The notes beneath the pieces were generated by a model. That model saw nothing but the letters and a program-made list of their open reading frames with translations. It did no database searches and had not been told where the DNA came from. From the IMG/VR virus record IMGVR_UViG_3300000970_000001, positions 1-64,000 of that record: a DNA stretch of 64,000 nt. One strand, written 5' to 3'. The DNA is from a virus. Made by a program: the position numbers and the translations under genes. Of the stretch, positions 30,029 to 35,370 are shown one piece after another. Numbering within the stretch: position 1 is the first letter of the stretch; each line of letters starts with the position of its first letter.

Positions 30029-30357
30029 TGAAAAAACTAGTACTAATTCCTTTAGTTCTTGTTTTGGGAGCATGTGCATCACTAGGTCTAGAACGACCAA
30101 GTTGTTACGAATCTGTTGCCATTTCTAAGATCGCTATTGGAGAAGCTTTTAAAACTGCTACTAAACTTAGCAATGAAGAAGTAATTTCTATCGGAGCTGC
30201 TGAAGACACGTTAACTGCGTTGGATCAAGCTGATTCTGCAACTGACAGTGCATCTGCGCTATGTCCTATTGATGATCGTGCTGCTCGTGACTATCTACTT
30301 GTCGCTCGTGACTTGATTACTAATGCAACTGAACTAATGGAGGTTTCTGATGAGTAA
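30028..30357 (+). CDS. lipoprotein (possible outer-membrane spanin component)
   Basis: Signal peptide with lipobox LVLGAC; located in the lysis cassette. Confidence 0.5.
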   Translation: MKKLVLIPLVLVLGACASLGLERPSCYESVAISKIAIGEAFKTATKLSNEEVISIGAAEDTLTALDQADSATDSASALCPIDDRAARDYLLVARDLITNATELMEVSDE

Positions 30358-30589
30358 AGTAAAAGACATCCTAGAAGATGTAGACTTAGACAGAGTTTAC
30401 CTCTCAGTAGGAATTGCAATGGATTTGATTGCTGCTGGTAATGAAATCCTAAAACTCCTAAAAGCTGGAGAAGAAGTGGATGAGATCAAACTAATTGAAT
30501 TGATTGAAGTTCACAATAACGCTAAAGAGGCCGCACGAAATGAATTGATTGCCTCAATTAAAAAGCGTAAAGAAGCTAAAAAAGTTTAG
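30350..30589 (+). CDS. hypothetical helical protein in the lysis cassette
   Basis: 79-aa ORF overlapping the lipoprotein gene end. No TM segment was seen, so an i-spanin role is unsupported. Confidence 0.4.
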   Translation: MSKVKDILEDVDLDRVYLSVGIAMDLIAAGNEILKLLKAGEEVDEIKLIELIEVHNNAKEAARNELIASIKKRKEAKKV

Positions 30590-30601
30590 CCCAAGCCCAC
30601 T

Positions 30602-30630
30602 AGCCCTCACCATTGGTGAGGGCTTTTTAT
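30602..30630 (+). terminator. intrinsic terminator after the lysis cassette
   Basis: Stem AGCCCUCACC/GGUGAGGGCU, loop AUU, then UUUUUAUU. Confidence 0.8.
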
Positions 30631-30651
30631 TAACCAATAGAAAGTCACTAC

Positions 30652-31329
30652 ATGAAAAAGAAGAACTCTGTAAACGATGCTCAACGAGCAAACAAAATCA
30701 ATCTCTATCCTAAAAACAATAAACAAAGAGAGTATATAGAAGCCCTTCGAAATCATGACCAAGTATTTGCAATAGGACCTGCAGGAGCAGGTAAAACTTA
30801 TATTCCTACTATAATGGCAACTCAAGCCTATCTACGTGGTGACATCAAAAAGATAATCCTTACACGTCCTGCTGTTGCTGTTCAGGAAGAACATGGATTC
30901 TTACCTGGCTCCATTGACAAAAAGTTAGCCCCGTGGGTGTTACCAGTTACAGAAGTGATTGAGGAAGCCTTAGGTTCTAAACAACGCTTCCTTGACATGC
31001 TCAAGGCAGGTGACCTTGAGGTGGCTCCTTTTACTTATATGAGGGGTAGAACCTTCAAGGATGCCTTTGTCCTATTGGACGAGGCTCAGAACACCACAAA
31101 GGAACAGATGAAGATGTTCTTAACACGATTGGGAGAGAACGCCAAAGTTGTCATCAGTGGTGATATCGAACAGTCTGATATCAGAGCGGGGAGTGGACTA
31201 GCAATGGCTGTTGATCTTATTGACACTCACGATATTCCAGCCGCTAAGGTTGAGTTTAGAAGTAACCATGTGGTTCGTTCAGAATTGTGTAAGATGTGGG
31301 TTGAGGCATTTGAAAAAGGCCCCGATTAA
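30652..31329 (+). CDS. phoH: PhoH-like ATPase
   Basis: 225 aa with Walker A GPAGAGKTY and LLDEAQN; size typical of phage PhoH. Confidence 0.88.
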   Translation: MKKKNSVNDAQRANKINLYPKNNKQREYIEALRNHDQVFAIGPAGAGKTYIPTIMATQAYLRGDIKKIILTRPAVAVQEEHGFLPGSIDKKLAPWVLPVTEVIEEALGSKQRFLDMLKAGDLEVAPFTYMRGRTFKDAFVLLDEAQNTTKEQMKMFLTRLGENAKVVISGDIEQSDIRAGSGLAMAVDLIDTHDIPAAKVEFRSNHVVRSELCKMWVEAFEKGPD

Positions 31330-31342
31330 CGGGACCTTTTAT
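31318..31342. terminator. bidirectional hairpin at the convergence of the plus and minus transcription units
   Basis: GGCCCCG AUUAA CGGGACC with A-run and U-run flanks. It includes the phoH stop codon. Confidence 0.6.
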
Positions 31343-31497
31343 ATTCTTTATCTCGTCCGTTCTGTTGCTAAGTGGATGAATCTCCGAATTAGGCAGCTAG
31401 TGCGTAATCCATATTGCTATTATCATTTGCGATTAAGTAATACTAACATAGTATTTATCTTAAAATCAAGCGTTAATTAATACAATAATATTATTTA

Positions 31498-31574
31498 TGG
31501 TACTAGCGGAAGGATTCGAACCCTCAACCTGCGGAGTAGAAATCCGCTGCTCTAGTCCGTTGAGCTACGCTAGC
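31498..31574 (-). tRNA. tRNA-Arg (anticodon UCU)
   Basis: Hand-folded cloverleaf: acceptor GCUAGCG/CGCUAGU (G1-U72), anticodon stem-loop GCGGA UUUCUAC UCCGC, T-loop UUCGAAU, encoded CCA. Confidence 0.85.
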
Positions 31575-31637
31575 ATGTTGGAGGAAGGCACTGGTCCCGA
31601 TCCAGATGGTACATTTAAACCACGCAATGATTAGCAA

Positions 31638-31991
31638 TCACCCACAGCGACCCCGCTGTTTTACCTTCCATTCAATTCTCTGATACCACATATCATACTT
31701 ATAGGCTAACTTCCAGAGTGAGTTTTTAATTTTCCACAATCGATACTGCCACCCATTATTAATAAAAGCTTCTGTTGACATCTTAGGTACAGGAAACCAA
31801 GGAGGGCCATCTAAGTTACGAATAGGCATCAAGTCATTTGCATCAATGGTTAGAATAAGTTCCAACTCTGTCATACGTTCTTCAGGTGTTAGAGTATACC
31901 AATCTTCTCCTGTAGTTACGTGGAATCTTTTTATTCCTTTAGATTCCAAATGATCTGCTAAATCATCTCTTCTCTGTTCTAGTGTTTTCAT
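31638..31991 (-). CDS. hypothetical protein
   Basis: 117-aa ORF inside the tRNA island with a 4-nt overlap with the upstream ORF. Confidence 0.5.
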   Translation of the reverse strand: MKTLEQRRDDLADHLESKGIKRFHVTTGEDWYTLTPEERMTELELILTIDANDLMPIRNLDGPPWFPVPKMSTEAFINNGWQYRLWKIKNSLWKLAYKYDMWYQRIEWKVKQRGRCG

Positions 31992-32290
31992 ACTAATAGT
32001 CCCATTACGTATCGCGTTTCATTAAGTAACTCTTTTGGTATTCTAACATCTCCATTATGAAATGCTTTTAAAATTAAGTTAGCTGCTTTTTGTAGTCTTT
32101 GTTGATGTCTTATTTCCTCTTTAAAAAACTTACCAACATCAGGTAATTTTTTATATGTATGATATAATTGTTCAGTATTAGCAAACTCTTTTCTAAATAA
32201 TTTTAAGTTGTCTTCGTCTTCTTGAGTAGGACAGTTATAAAAGTTTATTATGTTTCCATAGTGTGTCCTAGTAATTATCATATCAACCAT
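31988..32290 (-). CDS. hypothetical protein
   Basis: 100-aa ORF starting 14 nt downstream of tRNA-Ser. Confidence 0.5.
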   Translation of the reverse strand: MVDMIITRTHYGNIINFYNCPTQEDEDNLKLFRKEFANTEQLYHTYKKLPDVGKFFKEEIRHQQRLQKAANLILKAFHNGDVRIPKELLNETRYVMGLLV

Positions 32291-32304
32291 GTTCTTGCTC
32301 CTAG

Positions 32305-32398
32305 TGGCGGTGGGTTAGGGGATCGAACCCTAAAGGGAGTATTAGTCCTCGCTGGTTTTCAAGACCAGTGCAGTCGCCAGCCATCTGCTTGACCCACC
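32305..32398 (-). tRNA. tRNA-Ser (UGA), long variable arm
   Basis: 94 nt: acceptor GGUGGGU/ACCCACC, anticodon stem-loop CUGGU CUUGAAA ACCAG, T-loop UUCGAUC, G73, CCA. Confidence 0.85.
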
Positions 32399-32406
32399 TT
32401 ATTATA

Positions 32407-32484
32407 TGGCACTACCCGTAGGACTCGAACCTACAACCTTCGGATTCGTAATCCGATGCTCTAGTCCAATTGAGCTAGAGTAGT
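32407..32484 (-). tRNA. tRNA-Arg (ACG)
   Basis: Anticodon stem-loop UCGGA UUACGAA UCCGA, D-arm GCUC AAUUGGACUA GAGC, T-loop UUCGAGU, CCA. Confidence 0.88.
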
Positions 32485-32522
32485 ATATCAAAACTCATTA
32501 TTGATCCGTACTTGTAGATCAA

Positions 32523-32607
32523 TGGTGGGCGGGTGCAGATTCGAACTACTCCCCCGAAGAGAAAGGCTTTACAGGCCTCGTGCTAGAACCACTAGCTTTA
32601 CCCACCC
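32523..32607 (-). tRNA. tRNA-Tyr (GUA), long variable arm
   Basis: 85 nt: acceptor GGGUGGG/CCCGCCC, anticodon stem-loop GAGGC CUGUAAA GCCUU, CCA. One mismatch at the base of the T-stem. Confidence 0.8.
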
Positions 32608-32612
32608 ATTAT

Positions 32613-32689
32613 TGGGTTGTGTGATGGGATTCGAACCCACAGCCTGATCGATCACACCGATCTGCTCTAACCGTTGAGCTACACACAAC
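32613..32689 (-). tRNA. tRNA-His (GUG) with encoded G-1
   Basis: An extra 5' G pairs with C73, the His hallmark. Anticodon stem-loop GAUCG GUGUGAU CGAUC, CCA. Confidence 0.88.
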
Positions 32690-32696
32690 ATATTTT

Positions 32697-32771
32697 TGGC
32701 GAACGTGAAGGGGATTGAACCCTCATCTTCTTCCTCGACAGGGAAGCGCATTACCAGTCTGCCACACGTTC
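32697..32771 (-). tRNA. tRNA-Asp (GUC)
   Basis: Acceptor GAACGUG/CACGUUC, anticodon stem-loop CUUCC CUGUCGA GGAAG, T-loop UUCAAUC, CCA. Confidence 0.88.
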
Positions 32772-32919
32772 TAATCTAATTTTTAATTTTTGTCTAGTAC
32801 CACTCTTTGTTTTACCTAAGTTAATATTTCTTTTGTAGTACTGACAACATCTACACCACTTATGCTTTTTACCCCTCTTTATGTTTATCATAGATTTCAT
32901 AGTTATTCTCCTTAAAATT

Positions 32920-32994
32920 TGGTGCTAGATGAAAGACTCGAACTCTCAATTCCTGATTACAAAACAGGCGTGTTGCCATTAACACTAAACTAGC
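32920..32994 (-). tRNA. tRNA-Thr (UGU)
   Basis: Anticodon loop UUUGUAA, T-loop UUCGAGU, CCA. One U-U mismatch in each of the acceptor and anticodon stems. Confidence 0.75.
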
Positions 32995-32995
32995 A

Positions 32996-33070
32996 TGGTG
33001 GCCGCACGAAGACTCGAACTTCAATCCTACCCATTATGAGTGGGCAGCTCTACCCCTGAGCTATACGGCT
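32996..33070 (-). tRNA. tRNA with CAU anticodon (Met, initiator-like or Ile2; undecided)
   Basis: Anticodon stem-loop GCCCA CUCAUAA UGGGU. Positions 1:72 are unpaired (A-C), an initiator-like trait, but the 29-31 GGG signature is absent. CCA encoded. Confidence 0.75.
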
Positions 33071-33076
33071 TTAATT

Positions 33077-33151
33077 TGGTATCAGAAACTGGATTCGAAC
33101 CAATATCTTCTAGCTTATGAGACTAGCGCTTTTCCGTTAAGCTATCCTGAT
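33077..33151 (-). tRNA. tRNA with CAU anticodon (Met or Ile2; undecided)
   Basis: Acceptor AUCAGGA/UUCUGAU, anticodon stem-loop CUAGU CUCAUAA GCUAG, T-loop UUCGAAU, CCA. Confidence 0.8.
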
Positions 33152-33599
33152 GTGTTTTATTTCTCCTTATACAGGAAATAGTTGAATGGGAAACATTAAA
33201 TAGTTTACCGATTTCTGTATTATTAATCCCTTCTTTTATCAACTGTCTTACTTTAATTAAATCTGATTGAGTTAATTTACTATTGTTATTCTTAGTTCCT
33301 GTTTGTATTGATCCAAGTCTATTTTTATTTGCTGCGTCTACCATATTATCTTTAGGAGTACCATCAAACAAATGATTAGGATTAACACATTTTGGATTGT
33401 CACACTTATGACAACAAAACTCTTTTGGAAAAACTTTATGTTTTAAGTAAAAAGAATATCTGTGGGCATAGTGTATACCTCTACCTATTTTTCTACGTTT
33501 TACTACACCATACCCGTGGTTATTTAAAGCTCCTAACCATTGCCAGCATTCATTTTCTTTACCTATTTTAACCTTATCCCAGAATAAATTATCTTTCAT
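33123..33599 (-). CDS. HNH homing endonuclease
   Basis: Carries CWQWLGALNNHGYG...YAHRYSF...CHKCDNPKCVNPNHL plus a C-terminal HTH-like NTEIGKLFNVSHSTIS. The last 9 codons and the stop lie inside the tRNA at 33077-33151. Confidence 0.88.
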   Translation of the reverse strand: MKDNLFWDKVKIGKENECWQWLGALNNHGYGVVKRRKIGRGIHYAHRYSFYLKHKVFPKEFCCHKCDNPKCVNPNHLFDGTPKDNMVDAANKNRLGSIQTGTKNNNSKLTQSDLIKVRQLIKEGINNTEIGKLFNVSHSTISCIRRNKTHQDSLTEKR

Positions 33600-33616
33600 T
33601 TTTGTACCTTCTTAAT

Positions 33617-33691
33617 TGGTGCAGGAACAGATGATCGAAATCTGAACTCAAGTTTGGAAGACTTGCACGTTGCCACTTACGCCATTCCTGC
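33617..33691 (-). tRNA. tRNA-Gly (UCC)
   Basis: Acceptor GCAGGAA/UUCCUGC, anticodon stem-loop CAAGU CUUCCAA ACUUG, T-arm CAGAU UUCGAUC AUCUG, CCA. Confidence 0.85.
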
Positions 33692-33700
33692 ACTTAGTAT

Positions 33701-33776
33701 TGGTGGAACCCCTAGGAATCTAACCCAATCCTTCTGGTCTTCAATCAGATGTGCGCAACAGCTACACCAGAGTTCC
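33701..33776 (-). tRNA. tRNA-Phe (GAA), atypical T-loop
   Basis: Anticodon loop UUGAAGA, A31-C39 mismatch, T-loop UUAGAUU (A56), D-loop AGCUGUUGC (G18 U19), CCA. Confidence 0.65.
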
Positions 33777-33782
33777 GTTATT

Positions 33783-33860
33783 TGGCTGGAGTAATTGGAT
33801 TCGAACCAATCTTCATCTCGGTTAACAGCCGAGTGCATTCGCCTAGAATACTATACTCCA
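33783..33860 (-). tRNA. tRNA-Asn (GUU)
   Basis: Acceptor UGGAGUA/UACUCCA, anticodon stem-loop CUCGG CUGUUAA CCGAG, T-loop UUCGAAU, CCA. Confidence 0.88.
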
Positions 33861-33864
33861 AAAT

Positions 33865-33898
33865 TAAAAAACCCTCCTCAAGTACTTCTTGGGAGGGT
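33865..33898 (-). terminator. intrinsic terminator A, abutting the tRNA-Asn 5' end
   Basis: Minus-strand RNA ACCCUCC CAAGAAGUACUUGA GGAGGGU followed by UUUUUUAAUUUU. tRNA-Asn begins right after the U-tract. Confidence 0.75.
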
Positions 33899-33924
33899 GA
33901 AAATAAATAAACATACTTAATTGT

Positions 33925-33981
33925 TTACATACAACGACCCTCATCACCGCTTCTTCCAAAGCCGCGTGTCGAATAATTCAT
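33925..33981 (-). CDS. leader peptide ORF A (MNYSTRGFGRSGDEGRCM), putative attenuator leader
   Basis: 18 codons, starting 16 nt after the receiver-gene stop. 16 of 18 residues belong to the specificities of the downstream tRNA block. GAGGGU (33937-33942) is complementary to the terminator 5' arm ACCCUC. Confidence 0.55.
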   Translation of the reverse strand: MNYSTRGFGRSGDEGRCM

Positions 33982-33997
33982 ATCTGTATGTATACAG

Positions 33998-34336
33998 TTA
34001 AACATTTTCTTTAATCCAGTTTAGAACTTTCTGTTCAAGTTCTGATTTATCTACCATTTGATCCTGTGGTAGGTACAGGTTATTCATGTATAGTAACCCA
34101 GATGTAATTATAAAGTCAACTTCTTTTTTAACTTTAGGTCTAAGATCATCATAAATGGCTTTACCGTTTTCGTTTGATAGGTTTATATCTAATATTATAA
34201 GATCGTATTTGTCTATACTTATGGTAAAACCGTCATAATCACCAACAGTATGTATTTCTATTTCACAATCCTTTAACTTTTCTCTTAGTAATATACGTTC
34301 AGTAGGACAATCGTCAATATATAGAATGTGTTTCAT
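33998..34336 (-). CDS. stand-alone CheY-like receiver domain protein
   Basis: 112 aa from ATG 34336; the longer track ORF runs over two tRNA genes. Sequence MKHILYIDDCP...DLIILDINLSNENG...DFIITSG...VDK carries the acidic pair, phospho-acceptor Asp, Thr/Ser and Lys positions of receiver domains. Confidence 0.6.
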   Translation of the reverse strand: MKHILYIDDCPTERILLREKLKDCEIEIHTVGDYDGFTISIDKYDLIILDINLSNENGKAIYDDLRPKVKKEVDFIITSGLLYMNNLYLPQDQMVDKSELEQKVLNWIKENV

Positions 34337-34359
34337 TCCAGTATAGTAACATATAATAA

Positions 34360-34436
34360 TGGTACACGCCACAGGAATTGAACCTGTCTTAAAGAGGATG
34401 TAAACCTCCCGCTTAACGCCAGTCAGCCAGACGTGT
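34360..34436 (-). tRNA. tRNA-Val (UAC)
   Basis: Acceptor ACACGUC/GGCGUGU, anticodon stem-loop GGAGG UUUACAU CCUCU, T-loop UUCAAUU, CCA. Confidence 0.85.
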
Positions 34437-34442
34437 CTAAAT

Positions 34443-34518
34443 TGGTGGAACCTGTGGGAATCAAACCCACCGCAGTCTGCTTGCAAAGCAGTCTCGCCCT
34501 CTTGGAACATGAGGCCCC
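34443..34518 (-). tRNA. tRNA-Ala (UGC), atypical D-arm and T-loop
   Basis: 76 nt: acceptor GGGGCCU/AGGUUCC with G3-U70, anticodon loop UUUGCAA, T-loop UUUGAUU (U56). The D-arm folds only as GUUC/GGGC with a short loop. CCA encoded. Confidence 0.65.
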
Positions 34519-34524
34519 TTAAAC

Positions 34525-34601
34525 TGGAGATCGCGGTGGGATTCGAACCCACATACTTCTGGGTAAAAACCAGACGTAACAGCCAGTTGTACTACGCGAT
34601 C
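34525..34601 (-). tRNA. tRNA-Lys (UUU)
   Basis: Acceptor GAUCGCG/CGCGAUC, anticodon stem-loop UCUGG UUUUUAC CCAGA, T-loop UUCGAAU, CCA. Confidence 0.85.
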
Positions 34602-34602
34602 T

Positions 34603-34678
34603 TGGTTGTCGATGAAGGATTCGAACCTTCAACCTGCCCCTAATCAGGGGGCTGCACTACCAGTTGTGCTAATCGACA
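34603..34678 (-). tRNA. tRNA-Ile (GAU)
   Basis: Acceptor UGUCGAU/AUCGACA, anticodon stem-loop GCCCC CUGAUUA GGGGC, T-loop UUCGAAU, CCA. Confidence 0.88.
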
Positions 34679-34679
34679 A

Positions 34680-34705
34680 TAAAAAACCCACCTAAAAGGT
34701 GGGTC
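34680..34705 (-). terminator. intrinsic terminator B, abutting the tRNA-Ile 5' end
   Basis: Minus-strand RNA ACCCACC UUUUA GGUGGGU followed by UUUUUUAU. Confidence 0.75.
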
Positions 34706-34737
34706 TAGAATTCTTTTTCTTAAACATACGAAAAGAT

Positions 34738-34800
34738 TCAGCCCACCCCTCTGGTGTCTGCTTTAATCTTAATCGCTACAATGTTGTTTTGCTCTCGCAT
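34738..34800 (-). CDS. leader peptide ORF B (MREQNNIVAIKIKADTRGVG), putative attenuator leader
   Basis: 20 codons with GAGG upstream. Residues 7-14 (IVAIKIKA) use only the four specificities of the tRNAs that follow (Ile, Lys, Ala, Val). The last codons GGGGUGGGC (34741-34749) copy the terminator 3' arm and can pair with its 5' arm. Confidence 0.6.
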   Translation of the reverse strand: MREQNNIVAIKIKADTRGVG

Positions 34801-34820
34801 TTTCTCTATTTCCTCTAACT

Positions 34821-34897
34821 TGGAAGGGCTAACGGGATTCGAACCCGCGTCTACCAATTGAAAGTCGGTATGTCCTTGACCACTAGACGATAGCCCC
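34821..34897 (-). tRNA. tRNA-Glu (UUC)
   Basis: Anticodon stem-loop ACCGA CUUUCAA UUGGU, D-arm GUCUAGUGGUCAAGGAC, T-loop UUCGAAU, G1-U72, CCA. Confidence 0.85.
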
Positions 34898-34929
34898 ATT
34901 AAGTTAGTTTGGTGCTTATCGTTAGGATT

Positions 34930-34959
34930 AATATAACCTAGTTAATATAGGTATGTCAA
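34930..34959 (-). promoter_or_regulatory. sigma70-type promoter TTGACA-N18-TATATT facing tRNA-Glu
   Basis: The exact -35 consensus (plus 34954-34959 TGTCAA) and a 5/6 -10 (plus 34930-34935 AATATA) lie about 30 nt upstream of the tRNA-Glu 5' end. Confidence 0.55.
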
Positions 34960-34973
34960 CTTCTTTATTTAAT

Positions 34974-35047
34974 TGGCACAGGAACAAGGAATCAAACCTC
35001 AGTCTGCGGGGTTGGAAGCCGCCGTGTTATCACTACACTATTCCTGC
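34974..35047 (-). tRNA. tRNA-Trp (CCA), atypical D/T loops
   Basis: 74 nt: anticodon loop UUCCAAC with a C31-C39 mismatch, D-loop AGUGAUA (G18 A19), T-loop UUUGAUU (U56), CCA. Confidence 0.7.
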
Positions 35048-35048
35048 A

Positions 35049-35126
35049 TGGTTGGAGAGGTGGGGTTCGAACCCACATTGCACCCGTTCAAAGCGGGTAG
35101 CCTTACCAACTGTTGGCTACTCTCCA
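35049..35126 (-). tRNA. tRNA-Gln (UUG)
   Basis: U1-A72, anticodon stem-loop ACCCG CUUUGAA CGGGU, T-loop UUCGAAC, CCA. Confidence 0.88.
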
Positions 35127-35129
35127 TAA

Positions 35130-35206
35130 TGGTGCTCCCCCTCAGATTCGAACTGAGACTGTACCGCTTCTAAGGCGGCTCCCTCTGCCAGTTGGGGTAG
35201 AGGAGC
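35130..35206 (-). tRNA. tRNA with Leu anticodon UAG but a short (5-nt) variable loop
   Basis: 77 nt: acceptor GCUCCUC/GGGGAGC, anticodon stem-loop GCCGC CUUAGAA GCGGU, variable ACAGU, T-arm CUCAG UUCGAAU CUGAG, A73, CCA. Confidence 0.7.
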
Positions 35207-35214
35207 GTTATAAT

Positions 35215-35292
35215 TGGTCGGGTGGGCAAGATTCGAACTTGCGATACTCGGCCTCCAAAGCCGATAACTTGACCAGACTAGTTCACCACCCG
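35215..35292 (-). tRNA. tRNA-Pro (UGG)
   Basis: C1-G72, acceptor CGGGUGG/CCACCCG, anticodon stem-loop UCGGC UUUGGAG GCCGA, CCA. Confidence 0.88.
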
Positions 35293-35369
35293 TGGTACTC
35301 TCAGTCAGATTCGAACTGACACTGTGGGGATTTTAAGTCCCCTGCCTCTTCCAGTTGGGCTATGAGAGC
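35293..35369 (-). tRNA. tRNA with Leu anticodon UAA but a short (5-nt) variable loop
   Basis: 77 nt: acceptor GCUCUCA/UGAGAGU, anticodon stem-loop GGGGA CUUAAAA UCCCC, variable ACAGU, T-arm GUCAG UUCGAAU CUGAC, A73, CCA. It is a paralogue of the UAG tRNA. Confidence 0.7.
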
Positions 35370-35370
35370 T

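Noticed and set aside
31211-31480. 89-aa plus-strand ORF
   Set aside because: It overlaps the phoH 3' end out of frame and runs through the bidirectional terminator.
31575-31637. Small ORF MYHLDRDQCLPPTC upstream of tRNA-Arg(UCU) as a fourth leader
   Set aside because: No terminator hairpin or U-tract follows it. It has no enrichment for Arg codons and it runs into the tRNA.
32569-32751. 60-aa minus-strand ORF
   Set aside because: It lies entirely over the tRNA-Tyr, tRNA-His and tRNA-Asp genes, so it is a by-product of the tRNA sequence.
32751-32900. 49-codon basic ORF (MKSMINIKRGKKHKWCRCCQYY...) between tRNA-Thr and tRNA-Asp
   Set aside because: It has a good RBS (AAGGAGAA), but its 3' end overlaps tRNA-Asp. 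It shows no leader-like codon match and no terminator. It is left unannotated as uncertain rather than called.
33871-33898. Sequence relationship between terminator A and the 59.5-kb terminator (both GGGAGG/CCCUCC stems with a CAAG/CUUG inner stem)
   Set aside because: The similarity is confined to short G/C-rich palindromic arms and the orientation differs. That is not enough to call a repeated mobile element.
33998-34552. The 184-aa track ORF, in its long form
   Set aside because: Its N-terminal 72 codons run across tRNA-Val and tRNA-Ala. Only the part from ATG 34336, the receiver domain, is credible.
34973-35319. Plus-strand ORFs 34973-35173 and 35113-35319
   Set aside because: They are antisense to five tRNA genes and no plus-strand transcription unit exists here.
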